Of a DNA stretch of 64,000 bases, positions 12,201 through 24,200 are shown one piece after another. This stretch comes from Heteronotia binoei (lineage: Eukaryota), in contig NC_083240.1 of assembly GCF_032191835.1 (NCBI RefSeq), positions 29,326,001 through 29,390,000 on the forward strand, in the 5' to 3' direction. Both the position numbers and the translations under genes were made by a program. Each line of letters begins with the position of its first letter. The stretch's first letter is position 1. Under the pieces are notes generated by a model that worked only from the letters and a program-made list of their open reading frames with translations, did no database searches and was not told where the DNA came from.

Positions 12201-15200
12201 AGTATTCTACTCCCTACCCCCAGGTCAATTATGCCAGCAACAGATCAGCAAAATTAGGCCTCAGCAAGGATGCAGCAGTAGGGAAAAACCAGTCAAAAGT
12301 AGCTCCTTTCTTGCCTCTACCAGGTAAATCTTTCTGGAGGAAACTGCAAGGGTTTGGAGAGGGACTGGAGCTCAGTTGGGAGAGCTTCTGCTTTTAGCAT
12401 GTGCCAGCTTGGGTTCCTGGCAGCTACAGTTAAAGGATCTCAGTTGCTGGGAAAGACCTTTCTCTGCCTGAAACGTCAATGCCAGACCAAAGCAGACAAC
12501 ACTGGGCTAGATGAACAATGGTGTTAAAGGTAGACAAGTGCTCTACGAGATGGACAGCTCTCTGGACATGCAACTCCCAGAGCCTAAGTTATAAAGAATG
12601 CTCAGGCAAAGGGGCCTTCTTGGCCATTTGGTGGCCTGCATATGACAGAGGGACCAGAAAGCAGCATGCCCCATCCCTTTTACATTAATTCCCCTCAGAG
12701 AAAAATTCCGTACTTCAACAACAGTGGGTTGGCAGAGCTTCGAGACAGGATCTTTTGGATGTGTCTCTCAAAGGGATCCTGTGATTCAGCCAGAATGCGA
12801 AGAGGAGAGGCTACCACCTGAGAGTCTTCCATGGTACACAGAAGTGGAGGGGATGCTGGGTGGACCGCAGAGCTGTCAAAAGAAACATTACCTACTGGTT
12901 ACTACAACAACAACAAAATTTTATTTGTATCCCGCCCTCCCCGCCGGAGCAGGCTCAGGGCGGCTAACAGCATCATTCAAGTCATAGTTGTACAGAAGTA
13001 AATAAAATTACATTTAATTACATTTAAACATTATAAACATTTTAATTAAAATTCTGATTAGGTTTTAAAAATTAAATTACTGTTCTCCAAGGAGTCCTGT
13101 GCTTTGGTTTCATCAAATTCTTTAGCTGCTGAACCCGTTTCCCATACTAGGTATCAGGGCTTCTTTAGTAGAAAAGGCCCAGCGGGAACTTATTTGCATA
13201 TTAGGCCACGCCCCCCTGATGCAACCATTGATTTGCACAGAGCTTTTTGTAGAAAAAGCCCAGCAGGGGGCTCATTTGCATATTAGGCCACACACCCTGA
13301 CACCAAGCCAGCTGGAACAGCGTTCCTGCTCAAAAAAAGCCCTGGGCAGCAAGACTTGATGAGATCTCCATGAAGAACAGTTGTGAATGGCCAGATAGGG
13401 AAGGATCACGGGAAGGCTAACAAGCCACACAGCTCCTGGTTACAAACAAGGAATAGATCACTGTGGTCCATGTCTGGGGTGTCAAACTCATGAAGGCCAA
13501 ATCTGACGTAAATGAGACCATGCTGAGCCAGGCCATGTGTATCATAAAATGTAATGCCAGGTAGCAGAGAGATAAATTTTATAATGGGCACAAACAAAGT
13601 TTTAAGCTTAAAATAAAAGTTGCTTAAAACATTAACACTCCTGCAGTACTTTGTTTATTTAACTGTCTCTGATAACTGACACCACTTGCTCTGAATAATT
13701 GCATCAAAATCTGGAGACTGTGCTGTAGCAATCTTGAGTATGCTGTTCAAGTGTGTATCTGAGTTGCAAACCTACTTCTTGATTTACTGTCATTCATTAC
13801 AGAAATCTCATGGTCAGTGCTTTGAGCCTAAGACCCATGAAATGGCTGGACATTGCCAGTTTTTGTGCATAAGTTGCTTCATGTGTTGGTCAAGAACATA
13901 TGAAAGCATCATGGCACAGACGGAAGGGTGTTTGTCTACAAAACTATAGTATTCCCCAGAGAAAAAACTGGAACTCTTATGAGATAGTGCAAGAACAGAG
14001 ACACAGCCACATATAGTGTTAAGGATTAGCCTACTATCTGGGAAGCCTAAGTTCAAAATTCCCAGTCTCCACCTTTCAGGCTTGTTGTTACTCTTCATCA
14101 AAAAAATTTACATTGCTTTCCTACTGAGAAAGTCTGGATCATGAGAGAATGAATACAGTGAAAAGGTGGAGGGAGCCCAGTTGCACCCAGGAAAGCCCTG
14201 GAAAAACCAGCTCAAAACAGAGAGGGAGGCAAGGCAAAAAGCTCTTAGTTAACCTGAATAAAACTATGTTGGCTTTAAACGTGCTTTTTGTTTTTCTCTC
14301 TGGGACTGAAGCAGCTGAATAAAGCAGCCTCTCCTCACTCCTTCCCTCTTCCCCAAGGGAGGGGGAGAAGTCTCAGCCAATGGAGGAGTTTGGCTCTGAA
14401 GTTCTGCTGTGTGATTGAGCTGTGCCAGGCTATCTCAATCATACAGCAGAGCTACAGAGCCAAGCTCCTCCACTGGCTAAGACTCCTTCTCTCTCCCTCT
14501 GCCTTGGGGATGAGGGAGGGGGAGAAAGAGCAAGGAGAGGCTGCTTTGCTTGGCTGCCTGAACCCCACAGAAAAACATGAAAATGGCAACAACAGAAGCA
14601 AAAGAGAGGAAGAAGGAAGCAGACCATAGTGGGCCATACAGAAGCCCTCAGGTGGATGGATTAGGCCTGCAGGCAGGACATTTGACATCTCTGGTCTATG
14701 TTGTGTCAAGGAGACACTGGAGGAATTCAAGTTCCATGGAGGCTGATGCTATCTCATCCAAGGATCTTGAAGGAGTGCTGATAAATCTCAAGATTTCTTA
14801 GCTACTTAGAGGAGAACGGGTAAGTTCTCAAAGGACTTTTATAAATGCTGAATTTAGTTTTCAAAGTACAACTCAGGAGGTTCATTAATATTGGTCAATA
14901 ATATCTAAGCCAGAAGTGGAACCTGCCAGTTAGGCGGGGCAAGGTGTGTCTGCTATGTATGATGATGGATTTTGGGTGCTGCTAAGCCCAGAGTCAAACA
15001 AATCTGGCCAATTACCATGGTCCCATTCAACTCCCATTCATTTAATGGTGTTTGCACAGCTTAATTAATAGGAGAGGGATTTGGGATTTATTGCTTCAGG
15101 AACCAAAACTACTCATATCGGTAGGAAAAAATGGAACTATTTTTTTGCCATTTTTACATACTATGTATAATCAACATTAATTATCTGCCCCATGCATATG

Positions 15201-18200
15201 ATATAGTACATTATATGAATGCTCTCTAAATATACTATGTATAATCAACATTCATTATCTACCCCATGCATATTATTAAGTACAATAAAGATTAATGAAT
15301 ACAGATTAGAAATTAGAAATTACAGAATATTTACTACTACATGAATATTATTTAAAACAATAATTTAATGATAGACAATTATAAGATAAATAACCTAGAA
15401 TAAATATTCATGCTTGATAGACTATTTACTGAATTACAGTTAAGTTTATTGCAGTTCATGTGAACTGATATGGCAGGTCAAAGTGGTTCTCTATGTTGTT
15501 TTTTGGGGGGAAACGCTGAGTATTAAAGGGTTAATGAACAAATAAGCTATCTCTGAATTTCAGCAAGGCTAAGATGGAGAGCCAATCATTGGGAGTTGCA
15601 TTCTGGACTGTCCCTTGCAACCACTAACCCTTCCAATCACTGGCAAAGGAATAAGCACAGATCTGATCTAGGATGAAGAAGGGCAAAGGAATAAGCACAG
15701 ATCTAATCTAGGATAAAGAAGGGCAATACGTACAGAAGAGGCTTGGTGATGCATTCGTAAGTACTGGTGAGGCAGACCATGGTGGGGCCCAGAATGTCCG
15801 AGACTATCCAGAACCCTTGAATTGAGGCAGGTTGCCTGGAGGAACAATACAGAGCAAACATCAAACCTGCCACAAAAGCTTTCATAGCACCAATGACAAG
15901 TTAATTATTTCAGTTCATAGTATGGCAAACCCAAATGAGCCCAGGGACATCATAAAAGGCATCAGCCTTCTTTGTCAGAGTCACTGCTGCTTCTCTCTCT
16001 GGCCACACAGTTTGTGCAAGTTACCAACTAAATCTAACCCCAGCCAACTAGGGAGTGGTGCGGCGGCTATCTTTGTTGTCATGTCAGTGTAGAAAACCAT
16101 GATGATCTGACTCACGGCTTCAACAGAGGAGAGAAGCTCACTAAGATGAAATATACGTGCAAAGGCTTTCCTGCACCCATGGGCTGTTCTTATCTGTTTT
16201 ACAGCACATGAGAGGCTGCATCACAGACAAATACAAGAATAGTCTGGGGAAAATTTTACCAACATGTTGATAGTAAAATATTCATAAACTGAAAAACAAT
16301 TTTTAAAAAAACAAGACTTAAGAGCACACTCTACAAAAGTTCCTTCTGAACTGCTTTCCATGTCCCTTCAACAGGAATACATTTCCCCCCCAAACACATT
16401 CATCCAAACCAAGCAAAATAAAGGAAGAAGAGACTTCTCTGCTCCCCTCGGTCCCTAAAACGGGTCCCCAAAGGAGGAGATACTCACACTTCAAGCCCCC
16501 ATCCCTGGCAACAACCGGTTCCCCTTAGTCTCAAGTGCTCTCAGTTCAGGTCCCAGACTGGGTTGTCAGTGGCTGGTCTTCAACTGGCCTCTCCAGGCAT
16601 CATCAGCCCCACCCAAAGGGGAAGAGGCGACATCCCACTTGCTCTTACCTGGATGACAAAGGCATCGTACAAAGGATGTGCTCCACAAAGCATTTCTGTT
16701 CTGCTCCGAGTTCTTGCAAACTATCCTTGTCTTCCTCATCTAAAAAGCAGGTAAAGCTCATTCAGGCATGCAGGGAGGGCACAGCTATCTGGAGTTACAT
16801 CCCTCCCCTTAAAGGACCGGAGCGCTACACATATTCCTGAGAAGCTGCTGCTCAAAGCAAGCACCAGCTCCTCATGCACAGAGAGTAAACACGTCTCAGG
16901 CAGTGTTCCCTCTAAGCTGAGTTAGTGTGAGCCAGCTGTTTTTTAGCCTCCAGCTCACACATTTTTGTCTTCGTAGGGGAGGGACGGTGACTCAGTGGTA
17001 GAGCATCTGCTTGGGAAGCAGAAGGTCCCAGGTTCAATCTCTGGCATCTCCAAAAAAGGGTCCAGGCAAATAGGTGTGAAAAACCTCAGCTTGAGACCCT
17101 GGAGAGCTGCTGCCAGTCTGAGAAGACAATACTGACTTTGATGGACCAAGAGTCTGATTCAGTATAAGGCAGCTTCATATGTTCATATGTCTTAGCTCAG
17201 GAAAAATAGCCCCAGAGCGAACTAAGTTATGCAGCAGCTCACAAATTTAATGCCAGTAGCTCACAAAGTAGAATTTTTGCTCACAAGACTCCAAAGTTTA
17301 GAGGGAACATTGGGGTGAACCAAAGCTGGGAGCTTAAATTGTTGGGCGCAGGGGTCACTTCACAAAGGTTTCAACTGCCAGCTAGTAGAATAATACAAAA
17401 GTGAGGGTAAACTTCAGATGTTCCTGACTCTTGGGCACTTCAAGAGCATCTGCATAAAATCACAGATGGAAGAAACCAGCATTTGATCTAACAGTTGTAT
17501 AAACAAGATTCCTTATGATGGCTGCATGCGCCTCTTGCATTACTGGCACTAACTGTTCAAAAACATGACCTGGAAGCCTGAATGTGGGTATATATTTCCG
17601 TATGGGTCTTTGCATGTGTCTCCTGGTTTTGAATCCCAGTATTGGGATCAAGATCTACCCCATCCCACTCCTGCAATTATTTAAAAAAACACACACACAA
17701 AAACAGAAGGAAGTTTTAACTGCTTACCTGAACCAAGGAACTTGTGCAGTTTGTGGATCCAGGTGAGCCCAACACTATGTACACCAGCATCATGTGTACA
17801 GTGATAGCGAGATGGACACTTGGGATCTGAAAGCACAGGAAGATTACAGGTGAGTGGAGGTGCCAGGCAGGGGAAGGCTGTATTCAGATGCCATGGCAGG
17901 CTGAATTTGCTCAGACCTGGTTTGTTGCTTCTTGCTGCGTAAGCATGCCTTGCTCTAGCCCTCCCACACAGAACGCGATATAAGAACCCTGCTTTAAAAC
18001 TAACTTCAGTGATCCACAATGAAGCAGTGCAGGTGCACCGTTTAACCATCTGCCAAAGTGAGGGCTTCTAGCCAATCCAGGCTTAGAATCTCTGCTTATA
18101 GAAGGAAAATTAACTCTGATCATAATGCAAGAAGGGTCTGTGGGTGCAGAGGCAGTCACGCTACAAGTCTGGGACTTTCCTGTGAACTCAAAACAAGAAG

Positions 18201-21200
18201 CAAGTGTTCTGTAAGGAACCCAGAACAGTAGAGCTGTGGACAAACCAGCCTCTCTGAATCAGCCTTTACAATGATTCACACAAGCAACCATTCCTTCCTG
18301 ATCAATAACATTGTGTGGCAGGTGACCCATCAATTGCTGTTTTCGGAGCTTCCACTATGAGTCCCTGCTTCTGTTTTGTCCTGCCTCTACTGAGCCAAAA
18401 GGCCACTTGGAGCTTTAAGTATTTCAAAATGGAAAAAGAGATGCCACTCTCTGACTGGTGCAGCTTTGTATTTTAGCTGGGAGGGAGCTGGCCACAAATT
18501 CAGAAGGCCTTTCTTTCTGGCATGCAGATGGGGCATCTTCTCAGGGACACAGGTACAGCCGCCAGAAGGGCAAAATGACTGAGGTCATCAGCTGCCGCCA
18601 AGAAAGGCTTCCCTGTGCTCCCTGCCTCAGTCTGTCTGGTGATGTAGGCTACCAGGCACCCCGGCCCAGTTTTTCTCATCTTCGAGGCAACTTGAATGAA
18701 GAGTGAAAAGAACACAGCAGACGGACCATATTCTTAGAGCAAAGGGACGGCAACGGAGGTCACACCTTCCACTCCTTACCTCTGTGCAATTTGATTGGGC
18801 AAGAGAAGTCCAACTCCAGAGGCTCCTCCCCCTTTCTCGGGGCCAATTTCAGGGCAAGCTCCAACTCAATGCATTCAAAGACGTAGAGTGATGGGATGAG
18901 GTCCGTTTTTGAATCCCAGGATTTGACAGACTGTCGAAGAGATGTGAGTGTTAACCCTATCACCCTCCTTCACAGTGGCATAAGAGTTAACTTCTCTTCG
19001 GAAGAGTCATTCATGTAAGTTACAAGTGATTTCCAACTGCCTTAATTTTTCTTTAGCCAAAAGGTTGGCTTGTATAATAAATGGTGTGTAGGGAGGGAGA
19101 CAACCTCTACACTTAACTGGTTGGCTTTTTAAACTCCAAATATACATTAGTTCATGGCTTGAAGTACATCATGGAGTTGTTTGTTTGTTAAATCAATCCC
19201 AGATACAAGAAAAAAAATTACGAACATACATTTTGATATTCACTATATATTTTTCAGCCACTTATTCTGAGCATCCATGTATAAAATGCCAGAGAAAATA
19301 TTTTTAAAAATGAGAATGCAAGCCTAATAGTTACTTCCAGGTCCTCCCTTGGGTCTCTGGCCACTTCTGAAGGCGCAAAGTTGGATGCTTGCCTCTTCCT
19401 GTTTCCAGGGGTAGCAAATGCTAGGACTAGAAACAGAGATGGAGTTCCCCAAAACTGGCAGTGAGCCAGGTGAGCCTGCTCTTAATGCCAGCTCTTAATG
19501 GCCCTTGGCCTGTTCAACCCATTGGTCGGGAGCAACAGCCAATTAGCTGATGCTGCAGTCTGATAGGCTGATATTCCTGACACACTGCCAAACAGCTTCA
19601 AGACTGGATGAAAGGCTCCTGCAGGCTAGGTGTGGCCTTCTGGGCCATGATTTGTCCATCTCTGACGCAGGAAGCAATGACTGTTGGAAAGGCTCCAATC
19701 TTGGCTTCTAACTCAGTGATGCAAACCAGCCTCTCCAACTGTCATCTAGTTTGGAGGACCAAAGCAGATATATTTTATTTATTTATTTATTCTGCTTATA
19801 TCCTGCCCTCCCTGCCGAAGTAGGCTCAGGGCGGCTTATGCTCCATAAACGTCATATAAAAACAAGTATGAACATAAACCGCAAACATAAAAAAATATAA
19901 AAACATAACACAGTATCAGGTGCCATTTCAATCTTAGAATAGCAATACATTAGTGTGTTGATAACGGCGGATAGCTGCCAGTTCATTCTGTGTTAGATTA
20001 TGTGATGGCAAACTACAAAAGTAACCTGAGAGAAGGGAGCATGTGTACATGATGCATGGACGTGTGTGTGGCCAAGCTATGATTTGGAGTTGCATGTAAA
20101 ATTTATGTTGTTTCTGGAGACCACTGAGTGAAGCAATACCACTTCATTTGCTTACTCAGCCATTCCTGTTTTTATTAAGCCACTTCAAACTCAGGATGTA
20201 AACAAAACTAAAATATCAGAAAAGGGATAAGGATGTCTGACAGCAATGAGCTTTTGTGCTGTATGTTCAAGACAGCCCAGGTAAAAAGGCCAGCAGTACT
20301 TAAAGACCTAGCAAGGACCGAGTCCTGCATAGGTATATATAATATGAAGTTCCGTCCCTCCACAAAGAAAACCTGCAAGGGATTACAGCCATACCGTCTG
20401 TTCGTCGTCATCTTCCCCCTCCAGCACCACACAGTGATACAGCATTCCTGAATCGGTAGCAATGACCAAGATGTTGGGAATGCAGGGCAGGCAGAGGACC
20501 GCACAGGCATCATAGCCATAGTTGTCTTCAGCTGCAGGGTGCATCGGCAGTGGGCCCAACAGCTTGCCGAGGTTTCTGGTGCTGGAATAAACAAAAGGGA
20601 CGTTTACCGGGCAGCCGTTTCATTACAGCTGTCCCCCCCCCCCTCAAATAGCAGGAATCAATTTGCAACAACAGAGCTATTTCTCTACTAGAATATCTTG
20701 GATATCTAGAACATGAAAAATGGAGCTTTTCTTCCTGTAAAGAAGTTCCATGCAAGAAATTATTGCATGCTTATCTCAGAATGGACTGCTAACTGCAGTT
20801 TTCCCTTCCTGGTTGATTCTCATGTATCAGGAATACTTTCTCTTTAAGCCATTGCTCTAAATAGGCCAGAGGTGGCCTACAGTGTAATCCTAAGCAGAAT
20901 TACTAAATGCATTGTTTTAAATGCTTGCTGCCTAAGATCAGATTTTGCTTTGTCTTTTGCCACCCTCAATTTCCAGGCACATCCAGTTTCTGGTCAACAC
21001 TTCCACCCTCTCCCCCCACCCCTGCAAAAAAACCCAAAAAACCACAGTGGCAGCTGCCAGAAATGCACAAATAAATTTTCCATCTTTACCTGTGCAGTAG
21101 ACTGAGGTAGGTCAGGAAGGTCTCCCCATTTTCGTACAAGATGTAGAGCGGGTATGCCAGCACTTCTTCTGCTTTCTCTTGCTGCCCGGTTATGTTCCTG

Positions 21201-24200
21201 GGAATGGCTGCCAGGGGCCCAAAGTCAAATGCCACGGCTGTCTCCCCTATCAATGCCGTATAGGCTCTCCTGAGAGAGGGGGGAAAGGCTAGAAATTTGG
21301 CTTGCAGGAGCCGTCTGCCGCAAATGTAATTTCCTCATTGTGGAAAGGATGGGGAAGGGTTTTGGGTTTTTTTTTGCCAAAGCGAAGAGGAAAGCATCCA
21401 GATCTTACCCTTTATTGAGACTCAGAGCCTCCTCATCAGTATTTGAAAGAGTGATCATTTTCACGGCTGTCTGGGGTGAATTCAAGCTGTAAATCCTAAA
21501 GCCCAAACAATATTTTAAAAACCACCCCGTAAGTGAGCCTCCCATAAGAATTTTAAAAATCAGCAACCAGGGTGCGGGGTGCACCCACAGCTAGAATATT
21601 TCATATGTATTTGGAGAAATCGCCCCATTTGTGGAACAACACAGGATATTTTAACGTGTACTGAACATCTGCTGGCACACGCCTCCTATGCGTGTGTTTT
21701 GGTACAGCTCACTTGCGCCTGATGAACTTACAACTGCAGAAACTGGGCCAGCCTCTTCTCAAGACATGAGTCTTGGCTGCGTTATCAAAGGAACCTTTAA
21801 AGTGAGACATACTTTAAAGGGAGACATCAGAGCCAGGTATGTACCTGATTGTGTTGTCAGAAGTTAGGAGCACTATGTGGGGTTCCAGCATCTCACTTGG
21901 GTACCAGGCGGCATGCTTCAGTGTCAGGGATGTCGAGCTGGTGAAGAACCTCTCTGCAATAGGAATGGTGCTAGAAGAGAGATTTCATAAATAAAATGGG
22001 ACAGTATTTTGTGAGCCAAACGGAGTTGTCAGTTTTTCTAAAGAGCCCCCGTACAACTGTGCTATCCCCAACGGAGTGCTGTGCAGGCAATAACTTTGTG
22101 CTGCAGGAAGGTTCATCTACCATTTTTTGATGATCCAGCTGCTTTTAAAAGCACAAGAGCAGGTGAGATTGCATTTTTTTCTGAGCAGCCGGCAACCCTG
22201 TCAGCAAACAGACTAAACCAGTTGTCAACAATGTTCCCTCTAAGTTGCAGAGTCTTGTGAGCAAAAATTCTACTTTGTGAGCTACTGGTATTAAATCTCC
22301 TTCCTGAACTAAGACAAAGATGTGTGAGCTGGAAGTTAAAAATCTGTGAGCTAGCTCATGCTAACTCAACTTAGAGGGAACACTGGTTGTCAACACACAC
22401 AAAAATGGCCACAACATGGTGCCCAGCGGTGCCAAGAATAGGGTACCATATTACCTCCTACTTTTTTCCCACAATTAGAAAAAAAAAGAAAAGAAATTAA
22501 ACCTCTGCCGAAAACTCTTCTCCCATCACTCAGCAGCATGTCAAGTACATGTGGCCAAGCACATAACACTAGTTTTGACTAAATCTGCCGATCCTTCCGA
22601 AGAAGAGCTGCACACCTTTCTTCCCAATCCCAAAACAAAAGACAGGAGCTGCATCATGAGAGTCTCCTGACACAGCCTCACACAAAAGTGATCTTTTACA
22701 CTGGAGAAATCAAGGACCAAACATGAGGCCAACTGCCCACAAAGCACATTGCTTCATAAATGGTAGCAGAATGTCTGAACTGCCTGCACTGAACAGGACA
22801 TATGAAGCCTCTTTGTGACACTGGATCTGTGAAGGTTGTCTCAGTTGCCATTTGACATCCCAGTCATTAAGTGATGAATGCTGCCACCTCTCTTTTTTTT
22901 TGCTTAAATGAAATCTACTATGGAATAAATGCTGCTTTTCTTTTCATTGACCTACAGCATCTCAAGCACCCTTTCGAAGAGGTATGAAAACAAACTCCCA
23001 CCCCCTAGTGCAGAGGTGGGGAACCTTTTTTCTGCCAAGGGCCATTTGGATATTTATAACATCATTCGCGGACCATACAAAATTATCAACTTAAAAAACA
23101 GTGCTCTGCCAAGGGAGAATGATTCAGGCTGGCAAAATTAATGCAAATAATTGTTTTTCAATTTGAAGTCACGTGGGGAGAGCCTAATTCAGCACATACA
23201 CACAGTCTGGTCCGCTGCCCTAGGCAGATGCCTAGGTCCAGGCACATCCCCTAAAATTAGCGTATTCGGTTGCACACTCATTAGCATATTAGGCCACACC
23301 ATCTGGGATAATCATGTGCAAATTGAACTAGTGGTAGCTGGCTGCCACCCACTCCCCTGCCATCCCTCCCTCCATGTGGAAACTGCAGCTGCTCCCAACA
23401 GACCTTTAAAAGTACCCACATACCCCAGCAGTAGTCCTTCACAATGCCTACCACTCAGGTTCCACGGAGGAAGGGAGGAAGGAAGGAAGGAAGGAAAAGA
23501 AATTAGGGGAAGAAAGGAAAATGAAATGGAGGGAAGAAAGGGTAATAAAGGAAAATAAAGGAAAATAAAGAAATGGGGGAAGAGAGAGAAAGGGAAATAA
23601 AGAAATGGGGGAAGAGAGAAAAATAAAGAAATGAGGAAGAAAGGAAAATGAAGAAATAAGAATAAAGGAGGATAAAGGGAAATAAATAAGTGTGGGGAAG
23701 AAAGAATAATAAAGGGAAATAAAGAACGGGAAATAAAGGGGGGAATGGGGGAAATAAAGGAAACAAAGAAATGGGGGGAAGAAACAGAAATAAAGGGAAA
23801 TAAAGAAATGAGGGGGAAACTTACCTGTACTTTAGCAGTGACTTTTCCAGGCCCTGCAGCGATCCTGGCTGGCCAGCCAGGCCCCAGGGAGGCTACAGTG
23901 TGACTGGGCCCCAAAAATCCCTGCCAACCAGCCAGGCCCTGGGGAGGCCGCTGCACAGTGCAGCTTAGCCACATGATCCCTGCCAGCCAGCTGGGCCCCA
24001 GGGAGGCCACCATGTGGCTTGGCTCGGCCCAGCAATCCCTGAGGGCCAGACCAAGTGATCTCGAGGGCCATAAACGGCCTCTGGCCTGACGTTCCCCACC
24101 CCTGCCCTAGTGGAATGTGCGCAAGTAAAACAGAGTCCCTCCATACGCAGTGTCTACAACTATAAGGATAGCAAAAACCCCAAAGAGAACATACCACGTA

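Noticed and set aside
15158-15726. Direct repeats as CRISPR-like array
   Set aside because: Only two units each, no unique spacers, eukaryotic intron
23312-24013. 233-aa minus-strand ORF
   Set aside because: Produced by low-complexity pyrimidine tract and tandem repeats inside a non-autonomous transposon; no domain
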